From: Lama glama
Lineage: Eukaryota
Assembly: GCA_028534125.1 (NCBI GenBank)
Contig: CM052816.1
Coordinates: 11,844,001 to 11,908,000 of the forward strand
Direction of reading: 5' to 3'
DNA length: 64,000 nt
The notes below the pieces were generated by a model. The model worked only from the letters and a program-made list of their open reading frames with translations. It was not told the DNA's origin and did not search any database. Of this stretch, positions 37,793 through 50,405 are shown piece after piece (the first letter of the stretch is position 1; each line of letters begins with the position of its first letter). The position numbers and the translations under genes were made by a program.

Positions 37793-38234
37793 TGTCACAT
37801 TTCCTACTCTGAAAAGCATGGTTTTATAATAACAATATTAAAAATATGAATCAAGCTGTATTATCTATATGAATTAACATGGGTAAAATATCACAGATAC
37901 CAAATTTAATAACTGTGACATGTCTAATCTATTGATGGACAGGTGATATTTTGATAAGTATTAAAAGTATATGTGTAATTTATAAATTAGTTATACTTGT
38001 TTTTGCTAAATGCTTAGATTTGCTGAAATCAGCAAAATCTAATTCATAATTATAAACAAGATGTTTACATAACTTGGGTTGAACTCAATAGTTCTTGGAA
38101 AGATTAAAAAATAAAATTTACTCAGGTGTACACAACTTGAGTGTATTTTATCAAAAAAGTAAATTAAATGTAAAATTTATTTTCCATTTATGTTTTCAAA
38201 AAGATTATTTTCTGTAGAATAACTAATATAAAAT

Positions 38235-38297
38235 TATTTTTCTATTAAATTTAAATATTTTTCTATTAAATTTAAATATTTTTCTATTAAAATTAAA
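38235..38297 (+). repeat. 21-bp AT-rich tandem repeat x3
   Basis: tatttttctattaaatttaaa twice (38235-38276), then tatttttctattaaaattaaa. Confidence 0.9.
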
Positions 38298-39049
38298 AGG
38301 AAAATACAAATCAATATCAAGTATTAAACTGAGCTAAATCTTAAATTCATTTAAAATTATTGATTAAATCATCACACATTTTTATTAAACAAAACTGTTT
38401 TCAATTGAAGAGTTCAAACTTCATCTAGTTGCAAATATAAATAATCAGTAACACTCCACGTATGTTCAGATCTACATGTAATTTATACACATTTTAGCAT
38501 AATATTCATTGTTTACTACTGGAAAATGTCTTTCAACCCACGTGAGTCACTGTCGTAACTGCTGCAAAATCATATTACACCTGCATTGTGTCCATCTTTG
38601 TATCAGCAGTGGCCCACCACAGGCTTCTGAATAAAGATGATTCCTAGGGTAAGAGATGCAGGTAATACTTCCCTGGGACCTGTGTGGTATTAGCTATGAG
38701 AGAAACTGTTGAGGTTAAGGGCTGCTCTGTGCCAGGGCTGCGTGACAGATGCGCCCATATGTTTTGTAATAAATTATTATTTTTGTGAGTGCTTACGCTT
38801 GTCGGGGCCTTTAACAAAACAGTACCCAAGGCAGGGGCCTCTCTTGGCTCGAGCGATGAAAGGCAGGGGAGGAGGATGAGATGACTTTGCTCCTTCCTAC
38901 TAATAGGCTATTCTGATGAACAGTGGTTACACACGACTTGCCTGGAAATGACCAGTTGTATGTTCACTGTGGCACGTTACCCTCAGCTGTGCTGAATAGC
39001 CCCTACTCTAAAGACTCCCTGCTTGTCCCTTCTGCAGAACTAACCTACA

Positions 39050-39435
39050 ACCTTTCCTTAGGCTGGAAAGGGCAGGTGTCTGGAAATGGAGAGTTAGGTC
39101 TTCCAACCAATCAGTCTTTCTGCAGCAGCGCCCTTTTCTTGCGAGGTACCTGGTGCCACCGATCTCTGAATCTTTGGTCGCTTCGGCAGCAGACTGGTTT
39201 GCTTCTCCATTTTGCCACTGCTGGCTTATTTCCTATTTGCGTAACTACTAATTCGATTACAACTCATCCTTTTGCTTTCCAACTTGTAAAAGTTTGTCCT
39301 TGTCATTTCTTGGCCTTTTCTTTTTATCCTTTGGGTCTATGTTTATGCTGCAAAAATCCCTCTTTTATCACTTGCAGCAAAGTTTCCAAAGTCAGTGGAA
39401 ACAGTTGTATGTGTTCAATCTGCCATCATTCATGA
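39050..39435 (-). mobile_element. Probable ancient HAL1/L1M 5' region fragment
   Basis: Minus strand gatggcagattgaacacat...ttggaaagcaaaaggatgagttgtaatcgaattag resembles the 5' region of HAL1/old L1 (recalled, not aligned). Confidence 0.4.
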
Positions 39436-40139
39436 TAGTGTAGTTTATCATAGTTGTAAATTAGGAAACTCCTAGATGTTCTCAGTAGAAGATGGATTAA
39501 TTATTAGTAGTACTTTCATACTCATTTATTCATTCAACAAATATTTCCTGAGTCTCTACTATGTTAGGCGTTGTTCTATATTACTAAATTAAATGCACTG
39601 AAGGTTTTATTTACGGAACTTCTTAGGTAATACAGAGGAATACTCATAACTTAATATGCTTTTAAAAAAAGAAGAGTAAGGTCTATGTATACCCTACGAC
39701 TTCCATTGTGAAAAACTGTAAAATGTATAACTTACCCAAAAGTTAAGGACCAATTCCTGGCTCTCAAAACATACAGCCAAATTATCTTCTAAAGTGGGTT
39801 TTTCAACTAAAACTTATGCAGCGGTGAGTGGGAGTACCAAAGGTGATTTCCTCCAATGCAGATGAACTAAATGATGCTAAATGAACTAATTGTTAACAGA
39901 ATTCCAGAATTTCATCCCAGTAATGAAATTTGGAGATCAAAGCGACACCCTTCTATGTTTGATGTCTTTTGTACACTATACAGAAAGAAATGTGTCCCAT
40001 GATGGGAGACCTAATTTGACCCCAAGTGGGAGAGTGACCCAGTAAACATAGTCTTTGTGTCTGGGGGTCGAAGGCTTAAATCCCAGCACTGATGTAACTT
40101 TAATAGTGAGAAAACAGGCAGTGATGTATATTTAAAAGG

Positions 40140-40610
40140 CTACATGCTTTGAGGTCAGAGGAACATGGGTTAAAATCTGGGCTCTGGTACCTACTACTAT
40201 ATGACCCACAGCAGATTAATCAAACTAAATCTTGGTTTTGTCATCTTCATAACAGAAATGATTGAATTCATTTCAAAATTTTGCTACAAAGATGGACAGA
40301 AGATACTTACCTTGCCTAGCATAGTCATGATACAAATAAGATAGATGCATAGGGGGCAAAACTATTAAACTATTAAGGGTGCTTGTCTCTGAAAGGTGGA
40401 GTTATGGATACGTTTTTGTGTGACTTTGGACAAGTTTCTTCACCTATCAAAGCCTTAATTTCCTTTACTGTGTAAAATGAATAGTAATAATAATACAAAA
40501 TAATGCTTTCAGAGGGTTGTTATAAGAATTTGATATATAAAGTTTTGAAAATAAAGTATTAGGACACCATGTGGCGTGTATTAACTACTCAGTATAGGTT
40601 AGCCTTTATG
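40140..40610 (+). mobile_element. Two MIR SINEs (~40140-40330 and ~40415-40610)
   Basis: gctttgaggtcagaggaacatgggttaaaatctgggctctg; tgtgtgactttggacaagtttcttcacct...tgtaaaatga...agggttgttataagaattt. Confidence 0.75.
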
Positions 40611-41287
40611 TGTTATTTTTATTTCTTTGGTCTTGCTCGCTGTATTTTGCCAATTTTCTACAAGTAGCCTGTTTTCTTTTCTTAATCAGAAAAAAAATCA
40701 ACTGTACTGTCTTTAGAATGTCCTTTCACCTCCATATTTCCAAATGGAAGCAAACTGGGAAGGTAAAAGACAGCATATCAGTGGCTCCAGTTCTGTCACA
40801 CTCTGCTGATAGTCACGGAGCACGATTATACAGCCAGCAGAGGCATCGCGTGTGCTAGAGAGTGAGTACCAAGACACAACACTGATGATCAGTCCCAGGA
40901 AACTCACTCGTCCCTAAATATGTCCTTGGGGTTTTATAGGACAGCCATCCGCATGAAATGTAGCCTTTGTAATTGTAACAATGAAGTAGTCCCTTCAAGT
41001 TGGTGCTATCATACTTTTTGTAGTCAGTGGAAATTCAATTAATCCAGTTAATTAAATGTGGGTGAGCCCAGAGTGAATTCCATTAATTAATGTTTCTGTA
41101 TAAAGACATAGCAGACCATACAGTGCTTTCCATCAAGCTCGCAGATGGCTGCCCAATTGTAACTGTCACATTTCCCATGTTGCTGGGAAGAGGAAGAGAG
41201 AAAGATACAGTAAACTGTAATTCTAAGCCCAGGGTTTACAGATGTGATCTCAGGAGACCATTGAATCACTGTAAGATTTTTTTCGTA

Positions 41288-41517
41288 CATATATATATAT
41301 ATATATATGTATTTTTAATTGAAGTGTGGTCAGTTTACAATGTGTGTCAATTTGTGGTGTACAGCACATTGCTTCAGTCATACATGAACATACATATATT
41401 CATTTCCAAATTCTTTTTTACCATAAGTTACTACAAGATATTGAATTAGTTACCTATATTATACAGTATGAACTTGTTGTTTATTTTATATATATATAAG
41501 TATCTTCAAATCTCGAA
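41288..41517 (-). mobile_element. Young camelid/artiodactyl-type L1 3' end with (TA)n tail
   Basis: (at)n followed by ttttaattgaagtgtggtcagtttacaatgtgtgtcaatttgtggtgtacagcac...ataagttactacaagatattgaat. Confidence 0.88.
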
Positions 41518-41839
41518 TTTAAACAAGCTTAATTTCTATTAGATAATACTATAAAAGTAATCTAAGACTCTGAATGCTCTGGGGGATGACCTGAAATGGA
41601 GCACTGCCACACGATTTTAGCCTCCACTTTTATCCCACGCTTGCAGTCCTATCAGGGTTACATGGTTAACTTAACATAGCGGTGTTTACTTCTTTTCCAT
41701 TAGGTAAGAAACAACCCTTAAGCAATACCTCTGTACCAAGATGTAGCTTCTGTTTGATTTTTCTCCTTTCCTTTGGGATGCCTTACAAGTGTTATTTAAT
41801 TCTGACAACATCTTAAGGACTTGTACCATTGTTGTCAAG

Positions 41840-41955
41840 TTCTGAAGTTCAGAGAAGTAAAATAACTCACAGATAGATGAGTTAGTTCACACAACTAGTT
41901 AGACAGAGCTAAGGCTTGAATCTATAACTGCTTGACTCCAAGACTGAGCTATTCC
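41840..41955 (-). mobile_element. MIR fragment
   Basis: tgaagttcagagaagtaaaataact...cacacaactagttagacagagctaaggcttgaatc...tgactccaag. Confidence 0.65.
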
Positions 41956-42849
41956 CAATGCTACCTGTGGCCACAGAGCTTAAAAAATCAGATGGATGGA
42001 GTTGAGGATTTGTATTGTGTTGACAAAATGCCATGGTCCTAATAGTGCCGAAGCCCGAATTTCCATCAACGGCTTTATGCTAGGCTCAAACAAACAAACA
42101 ACGAACCAGGCACCAGCTTGAAGAAATAACGAAATGGTTAGCTGACCTACGCAACATCTAGACCTTTGGGATCACCACAACTATGAAAGGAGGGGTTTGG
42201 GGACATGGTGTTCTTCGTAATTGCTACAGTTCTTAAATATATTTGGAAAAATATTTTGTACTTTACAGATTCTTAGTCATTGAAACTTGAATTCAGTTCG
42301 GTTGTGCTTAATTCTCTTTAAACATTTTTTTTACTCATTCAGAAGAATACTGTACCTGATTTGGGTATGTCTCATGATAGATATTTAACTCTTTAGAGTC
42401 TGGTGGTGAGCATTAAATGTATCTTCACATACTTAGAGCTAAACCTCAGTGAGGAACTGGCCTTATGTTCTGATAATTTATATAGAATATAATTGTCAAA
42501 AACTGGAAGGGAATGGGAAGATTCATGAAAAATCTGATAATTTTGACAGCTTTATAGTTCTTAACTACTTTTTAAAGTTATTGTCTATTTAAATCAGATC
42601 CAATTGGAGCGGTATCGGAGTTAAGTAGTTTTAATATTGTTCATGGTACAGAAGCGTAGACAAGAAGCCTCTGTCTCCCCTGGGAAAAGGGCGCTAATGG
42701 TATTATATAAGGTGTCAGTACATAGGACCCTATTTGAATACATAATCATGTTTTAAAAAATGAAATAGATTAAATATAATGGAACATATTTTCAAAAGCT
42801 AATTCTATTAAGGTTTGTATGTATTGATGTAATATATCAAAAAGACTTA

Positions 42850-43750
42850 CTTGAGACTAAATATATTTAATATATTATTAAATATAAATGGCCATAACTC
42901 ACCTATAAAAAAAGCATATCGGTTAACAATATCAGAAAGGTTAAAACATAAAAGGATATGAAACTATACAGCAGACAAGTGCAAATGAAAGGAAAGCAGA
43001 GGTCAAAATCTTGATATTTAGAAAAATGAAATTTAAATTAATTATTAAAAGAAGACTTACATGAATGAAGAAATGTACTGTTTGAAGATTAGAAAATTCA
43101 AAAATTTTAAGATCCAAACTTTTTTCAAGTTGACCTATTGAATTAATGCAGTCTCAATTAAAGAATCTTTTTTTTTTTTGGTGGAAATTGGCAACCTGAT
43201 TCTAATGATTTGAAAATGCAAATAACCTAGATTAGCACTTTTAAAAAAGACCTAAAAAATCCCAAAGTTGAGCAATTTACCTTACCTGCTTTCCAGACGT
43301 ATTAAGGTACAATAACCAGTTCAGTATGGTTTTGGTATAGGGTTATTCAAACTGATAAAACAAGAATAGAGGGTTTAAAAAGGGCTTTTAAAATACATAG
43401 GCAATTAATTTTGACAAAGATGCCAATGAAATTTAGTGGGGAAAAGAAAAGTCTTTTCTACAAAATGATGATCAAATAATCTTGACTTCTACCTCACACA
43501 TACAAAATTAACTTGGGATGGATCATACATATAACATAACAGCTAAAAGTATAAAGCTTCTAGACTGAAACGCAGGAGAGTATCTTTGTGGTCTTGGAGT
43601 AGGCAAGGACCTGAAAGCATGAATCATAGAAGAAAGACTGATCTGTTGAGTTTAATCACAATTGCAACTCTTCAAAAGATACCACCAAGAAAATGAATAA
43701 ACAAGTTCAGGCTGGCAGGAAATATTCACATTACATGTGTCTGATTCAAG
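42850..43750 (+). mobile_element. Old L1M ORF2 fragments (degenerate)
   Basis: Endonuclease-region-like aaggaaagcagaggtcaaaatcttgatattt, then aattaatgcagtctcaatt...ttaccttacctgctttc...aattttgacaaagatgccaa...cttgacttctacctcacacatacaaaattaac. Confidence 0.75.
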
Positions 43751-43879
43751 AATAATTAAAGGGTTACTACATATAGCAAAATACAAGATTTAATTAGGGT
43801 ACATGAATTTTATAGTATTTTTGTATTGTTTCACATAACATTTTAAAAAACTTGTATTTCAAAACTATTTAAAATACTG

Positions 43880-44050
43880 CATTACGTATTATAATGTAAA
43901 TATATGAAAGTAATTCAATATATAACCTATTAAATATATAACCCACATATATATCAAATATATAACAGAGAAAATATAGTATTAAATATATAACATCAAC
44001 ATATATAACATAATAAAATATATAACATTAAAATATATACTATACTATGC
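43880..44050. repeat. AT-rich low-complexity (aatatataac-like) repeat
   Basis: Repeated aaatatataac units. Confidence 0.75.
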
Positions 44051-45917
44051 ATATGTTTAAAGAATGTCTCTTTCTGCTGTCACTGACATTGTGGCCTCAT
44101 GGAATTCATCCATCAATCTTGTTTCTCTGTATGTTCTCTGTTTCCAGAGATCTCTTCTGCAGCTTTACACTAAGAATTTTTCTTATCAGCTATCCTTCCT
44201 AGTATAAGCAGTTACTAATACCTAATTAATTTTTCTCAAATTCTCATAAGTGTCACTGATCCTCCTTTTCTTAACAAACTGTGGTTTTTAAACTGCATTA
44301 TTTATACATTTGCATATTAGTTCATTCATTTAAAAAAAGAATATGGTTGGTCCTCCCATCAGTTTGCTATGCAGACACGGATGAATCTTTGTTTTCATTC
44401 TGAATCTCAGTTTTCACATGTGAAAAATGAAGTGGTTGGGTCTTAAGATCTCTAAAGAATTCTTGCAGCTTTAAATTTCCTCAGAACAGTGATTCAATCC
44501 TTTGTTTCTATCTGGCATGCATTACTTTTATTCTCATCCTGGGAGTACTTCCTGTTCTGTACTCGGTCAACACTTGGACCATCAGGAAATCAATAGTCAA
44601 CTTCTGTTAGTTCACTTGTTTGCAGCAAAAACACACTGCTCTTCAATCATCATTTCACACTGGCTCACTGACAGGGGGTTCTACCTTCAAATGTGTTTGG
44701 GAAACACTACAGAGTGGGTAGCATTAACTTTTAACTACTCATCTAATTAGAGACAGTAAATTAGATTACTCTGCTTTTTTTTTTTAACCCTAATTTCAGT
44801 TTCAGAATTAATTTTTCATAATAAAATAATTTTAAAATAAGGTTGTCATCAGAGGCATTTAGAAATCAAAAATTTTGGAGGACACGTGGAGATTTCAACT
44901 ATGTATGCATCTTTTTATTTGTATCATCTAAATTTGCTGCCCTGTATTCCCATGTATCACAGATGTTTCCACTTCTCTAGGGCACACTGGGCAAAATGAA
45001 TGGGGCTGCTTATAGCCAAAAGCAACCAGCCTAGGACGGGCCAGCAGCCTGGAAGTTAGGGACATCGGAGCCTAGGCTTCCCCAGTAACTCATACAGCAA
45101 AATGGTTGGGACGCTCTGATGTATTTTTTTTTTGCTCTCCTAGAATGAAAAACAAGTTTGTTGTTTGGACAGCGGGCTTTTCAACATATCTGTCAAAAGA
45201 AAGCTCAGCCACCCAGGAGCTCTCATTTTTCAGGCCAGCACAACTTAGTGGTATCCCCAAGCAGACATCTCAGTCGTAAGTTACAGGGCTTCAGGGAAAT
45301 ACAGCATTAAATGTGAAACCAGAACATCACTGTAGAGACTTGTGGCTCTTTCATCTAAACGACGGGAGTCAGGATGAGCTTGTTCCAGATAAACAGGTTA
45401 CTTACATGAGTTACAAATGCACGACTAATCACAAGATGACGTCAGTATACCCTGTGGTATTTGTCAACAGTGATACGTGCTAGCAGCTACGCAATACAAG
45501 CTGAGTTAATAATCTTGACACAGAAAACAGAGTTGTGTTTTACATTGTGAAGTCATCAGTGTGATACAGCATTGTGCATACGGAGTGATCTGTGGAATTG
45601 CAGAACCGCTCATGGAACTGTGTACAGTGTGGATACAGAATTTCTGGTTTTGTAAAATTTAAGAACTCCAAGTCATAGGGTTTTACCTCTTATCCCTAGC
45701 CAATGATGTAACCTGTTCTGGGCCAATGGGTACTAATTCAGTGGTCTAGATTACTTAGGTGAGCGTGTTTGGCAACTTTTCAGAAAAAGTTACTAATTCC
45801 TTTGTATCTTAGCACTTCTTTTTCTATCATTGTTAGTCATTATTGACGTAAATAATTTAAAAGGTGTTTATGGAGGCACACTGTTCCGTGTGATGGCATT
45901 CCTACATGGAAGGAAAC

Positions 45918-46350
45918 TGTCACAGGTAGCGTTCTGCAGAAAGCATATTCAGACTTGAAGTCTAGTGTGCAGGGTTTTTTTGGGGGGGGTTGTTTGTTTG
46001 TTAATGGATCAAACTTGGGAAGGGGATCAAACTTACAGAAGAGGAGAGGATGCATAACTAAACTGGGAGAGAAGCTGAATTGTGATGTTGACCCAAAGAT
46101 TTCCTCAGTTGATCGATCCTACATGGAGCTCTGGGCCTAGAATGACCACTGTCAGGTGCTGGGAACAGATGGCCAAGCTTTCATACTGATACATCAAATG
46201 GCCGTTGGATGTGGGCTTTTCGACGCCCAGGAAGGTGGGACACAGGGCCAGGCAGCTCTCTGCAGCTGAGACCCTTCCTGATGGGGCTGAAGGCTGGGAT
46301 GAGAAGTCCTTCCTTCAAGAGAGGTCTGGGCAGCATATATCACAGTGTCC
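45918..46350 (-). mobile_element. ERVL solo LTR (LTR16-like)
   Basis: gagaagctgaattgtgatg...ggagctctggg...ttggatgtgggc...ggcagctctctgcagctgag; similar to the element at 58300. Confidence 0.7.
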
Positions 46351-46439
46351 GCTACAGGTACCATTCAGCAGGGTTACTGCAGGGCTCTCCCAGGTGATCT
46401 CTTGCCTTCAATGTTTTCTCCCCAGCATCTCCCAGTTCC

Positions 46440-47030
46440 TTTGCCTCATGGAAGCCAGAGCACTCATCTTCAGGTGTACACTTTGTTAAAACATCGGTGA
46501 TTCCCCACAGCTTTGAGAATGAATTCCCAACACTTGAGTATAGTTCACAAGGTCTTTCTTGACCTGTATCTTTCTTTCTTCTTCAGGCTCTTTAACTTGC
46601 CCTTGTGATTTCACTCCTAAATTCAGGGCTTTCTGAATGGCTCAAAATTCTACAAACAAATCATGAGCTCTCTTCTCTCTGTGCTTGTACCCATGCTGTT
46701 TCCTCTAACGGGAACACTGTCCTCTTTTGACCACTGTTCCCGACTTACTTATACAGATCAACAGAGCTCGGTATTGGCTTACTTCCCTTTTTACCATTTA
46801 TTTTGTCTAAAGAGGCTTCTTTGATTTTATAAGCCTTGCCTCTGTTTTTTGCTCGGATAACTTTTACATAATCTGCTGTGTTGTCATTGACCGTTTACTT
46901 GATTCCATCCCACCTACCCAAACTCTCACAATGAACAACTGGAGAGAGGGCCAGAACTCTGTCTTATTTATTGAAGTATCTTCACATAGCACAGAGCCTG
47001 ACATACGGTATATGTTCAGTAACTCTTTGA
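46440..47030 (+). mobile_element. L2 LINE 3' region
   Basis: catgctgtttcctctaacgggaacact...gagagggccagaactctgtcttattta...tagcacagagcctgacatacggtatatgttcagtaa. Confidence 0.7.
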
Positions 47031-47429
47031 TGACACTTATAACTGGAAGCTCACTGCTTTCTTATGTGACCCGTGGCTGGATGGCTTGCAGAGAGATTTG
47101 CATGTTTGGAAAAATTTTTTAAAAAAATGAAGTTCCAAGGCTTTAGGTTTCTTGGCCTTGTTCTCCTGGTATTAGCCTCCTGTGGCCATCCCTGGGACCA
47201 GTCATGTGGAGTTTGGAATCAGTCCAGAATCAGCATCACTCACGGGTCAGTAGTGCCTGGTGTTTCCTTGCTTCCCATGATCCCTGTTTATCTCCTCCAC
47301 CTCCCATTTATTCTGAGAAAAGTGCCTCTCATTATGTCTCAGTCTTGGCCGTCTACAGACCCTGTTCTTTTCATTCTCTAACTCTAAAATGCACTTCTCT
47401 CTGACGTATATTTAAGAACAACAGTGACC

Positions 47430-47900
47430 ACAGATTGAGCATTGACTGTGTAGCAAGAGTTGGGTACAAGCTTTTTCTGTGTTTTCTTGAATCTTCATGG
47501 CAAGCAGCGAGGTTCCGGTTTACTATCCATGTGTGTAAACAAGGGGTTAAAGGTCATGCTGAGGTCACAGAGCTGGTAAGTAGTAACGTCATTTCCAATC
47601 TGTCTAGTCTTTCCTTACACTCACACTAGAACACTAAGAATGAATTTGAATGCCCGCAAGTCACCAGGAATGAATTTATCCTGCTCTCATGGGGCTGACA
47701 TGGTGGTTCAAATCATAGGGAGATGGTTATGAGTTTAGATTTGATCTTCTAGCCCTATTTTGCCTTCTAGTTGCTGTGCCTTTTAGCAGGATGGTTACCT
47801 CTCAGCAATAAAAAGGAACAGTAACTGGAGTTACTACCTAGAATTTCTTCAAGAATAAAACATATATTTCTTGCCAAATATTTAGCACAGAATACATAGC
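47430..47900. mobile_element. Two MIR fragments (minus ~47430-47620; plus ~47700-47900)
   Basis: gctgaggtcacagagctggtaagtag; tctagttgctgtgcctttt...tttagcacagaatacatag. Confidence 0.55.
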
Positions 47901-48030
47901 CTAGCCTAGCCTAGCTCTGATTTTCGACAGATGACATTTTCTTACTATGAAAATTATTATGAGGAAATTTGTTTGTTCTCCCAGTCCCCCAGAAATCTTT
48001 GTAAATAGTGAGACCCTCAAGTCTATAGAA

Positions 48031-48398
48031 CAAGGGTTGAAAACTCAAATACGTTTATGAGAATCAGGTAGATAAGGTAAATGCATAAAGCTGGCCATGC
48101 ATTTGACAAGGAGGAGTGGTGGGATCGGTGGCAAAGTGCAGAGGACCTGCCCTCTTCAGACAGAGGATGACTGTTCAGTGTGGTTTCAGTGGGAATAAAG
48201 ACTCAGTGTTACTGCACCTTTTGAATTTTGTCAAGCTAAGACTGGAATCTGGATTTTTATCCGAATTTTGCCAATTTAAAAATGTTGGAAACTAATTCAT
48301 TTTTAAAAAATACTATTTTTTTTAAACTTTTAAAATGTGAGACACTTAAACCACACCTGTGACCCAGATTCAACCCATGGCCTATCAATAAGTTACCC
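48031..48398. mobile_element. hAT-Charlie fossil (MER102-like)
   Basis: caagggttgaaaactcaaat...gactcagtgttac...aatctggatttttat...aaatgttggaaactaattca. Confidence 0.7.
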
Positions 48399-48959
48399 AT
48401 TTTATCATAGATTATTAACCCTAATGACATCCTCTTTTATTCAACTTGCTGTGTGTGAGACTCTGTGCTTAGAGTAGGGAATACAGCAGTCACCAAGAAG
48501 GATGAAGCCCCTGTCCTTGTGGACCCTGCTTTGTAACATTTGTGTGCCTAACAGTGCTTCGTGTGTCGGGGTGCAGGTGGAAGAGGAGTGTTCTGTTACT
48601 ATTGCATTTTCATGAAGTCATAAAATGAGTTATCTGTAGAGCAGGACCTCATATTTCATAATAAGTTTCTCTCTTTTCTTGTTTCTTCTTAATGCAGAAT
48701 CCCTCCACAGCTGATATAGAAAGCCACACACCCCAACATTTAAAATTTCATAATATAAATTTTTCTAAATCTGTGACTCCAAAGGAGAGTTTATCTTCTT
48801 CAATGCCTGAAGATAGAAATAAGAAATGATTATGAATCATTTTCAGTTGATGTAAGAAATTTATATCACCATTTTTGTGTAGCGCCTAGAGAAATTGAAG
48901 GGTCTTTTTTTTTTCTTTTTGATGAACGATCTAGAGGGAAGGAATGGTAATAAAATCTG

Positions 48960-49880
48960 CTGTTGCAAACATAAAAAATTATGAAAGAACTGAATGGCTT
49001 ATATTATATATGGAAAGTAACCAAGTATTAAAAAGAGTAGCCTAAATCCACACGAACATAGCTAACTGGTTTTTGACAAAGGTGCAATGGCAATTTAATT
49101 GAGAAAAGATTGTCATTTCAACAAACAGTGTTGGAGAAATTAGGTGTCCACATGTGAAATATTGAACCTAGACACAGCCCTTATACCTTCCATAACAATT
49201 AGCTCAAAATAGATCATATCTGTAAATGTAAAATGAAAAACTTAGAAACTTCTAGAAAAACACACAGGAGAAAATCAAGGTTACACTGGGTTTGGTGATG
49301 AGTTTTTAGATATACCACCAGAAACATGATCCTTTAAGGAAACAAAAATATAAAGTTGGACTATATCAGTTTACTAGGACTGCCACAGCAAAGTACCCCA
49401 AGCCAAGTGTCTTAAAATGACGGGAATTTAGTATCTCACATTTCTGGAGGTTAGAAGTTCAAAATTAAGGTGTTGGCAGAAGCATGCTGCTTCTGAAGGG
49501 TCTAGGGAAGCATGCTTCCTTGCCTCGGTCCTAGGAGCTCCTGGCACCCCTCAGTGTTTCAGCTTGTAGATGTTTTACTCCATTCTCGGCCTCCATCATC
49601 ACAAGGCCTTCTTCACCATGTGTGTGTTTAAATTTCTCTTTTCTCTCATATAGGTACCAGTCATTGTATTTAGAGCCCACCCTAATCCAGTATGTCCTCA
49701 TCTCGACTTGATTAGGTGTAATGAAACCCTATTTCTAAACAGGGTCACATTGACCAGTACTAGGGGTTAGGACTCGGGTGTATCTTTTGGGAGAACAAAG
49801 TTCAACCCACAACATGTACTACATGAAACATTTTAAGATTCTGTTCTGTGAAAGACACTGTTAAGAGAATGAAAACACAA
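48960..49880 (+). mobile_element. Old L1M ORF2 fragment split by MLT1C
   Basis: ttttgacaaaggtgcaatggcaatt...aacctagacacagcccttatacctt...aagttggac, then after the LTR ttctgttctgtgaaagacactgttaagagaatgaaa. Confidence 0.85.
49362..49814 (-). mobile_element. MaLR solo LTR (MLT1C-like), full length, 5-bp TSD
   Basis: tatatcagtttactaggactgcc...ttctggaggttagaagttcaaaattaaggtgttggcag...ccctaatccagtatg...ttcaacccacaaca; TSD tggac (49357-49361) / tgtac (49815-49819). Confidence 0.9.
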
Positions 49881-49924
49881 GGACCTCTTGGTTGCTTCTA
49901 ATTTTTTGTTGATTATTAATACAG

Positions 49925-50125
49925 CATAAATAAGTATAGATAAACAACAAGGTCCTACTGTATAGCACAGGGAACTATATTCATTCAATATCTTGTAATA
50001 GCCTATAATGGAAAAGAATGTGAAAAAGAATATATATATATCTGAATCACTATGCTGTACACCAGAGATTAACTCAACATTGTAAACTGACTATAATTCA
50101 ATTTAAGAAAAAAATGAAAAAAATG
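49925..50125 (+). mobile_element. Artiodactyl-type L1 3' end
   Basis: tagataaacaacaaggtcctactgtatagcacagggaactatatt...ctgaatcactatgctgtacaccag...ttgtaaactgactata followed by an A-rich tail. Confidence 0.9.
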
Positions 50126-50235
50126 AAACATGCTCATAGATAACAGTAAACAAACCTCTGATCACCAAAGGGGAGGGGAGGGGGGATTGAGCAAAATAGG
50201 TGGATGGGATTAAGAGGCACAAACATCAATAGTTA

Positions 50236-50405
50236 TTTATATATATAAAGTGTGTATATATGTACTTTTATATATTATATATATATACTTATATATAATT
50301 ACTTTTATATATATACATATATCTACTTTTATATATACACATACTTATATATATACATACATACTTTTATATATATACATACTTATATATATATACATAT
50401 ATAAA
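50236..50405. repeat. (TA)n-rich compound microsatellite, probably the expanded tail of the adjacent minus-strand L1
   Basis: Repeated acttttatatatatac / acttatatatatac units. Confidence 0.9.

Larger units (their letters stand above)
36396..38850. mobile_element. Putative hAT-Tip100 (Zaphod/MER115-like) DNA transposon fossil split by an L1
   Basis: Terminus-like ends (cgggtccgctgttaacaattgc; ggggcctttaacaaaacagtacccaaggcaggggcctctcttggc) flank an AT-rich interior at 36400-36500 and 37795-38600. Family assignment is from memory only. Confidence 0.4.

Noticed and set aside
38923..39435. 170-aa plus-strand ORF, and a 38-aa minus-strand ORF with a good Kozak context (MEKQTSLLPKRPK...)
   Set aside because: The long ORF starts at GTG, neither peptide resembles anything I recognise, and the region appears to be an ancient HAL1/L1 5' fragment.
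36456..39755. Direct repeat aaaagttaaggacc(c)aatt at 36456-36474 and 39738-39755
   Set aside because: Only 14 bp are exact, in AT-rich DNA. Several such matches are expected by chance in 64 kb, and it does not bound a single element.
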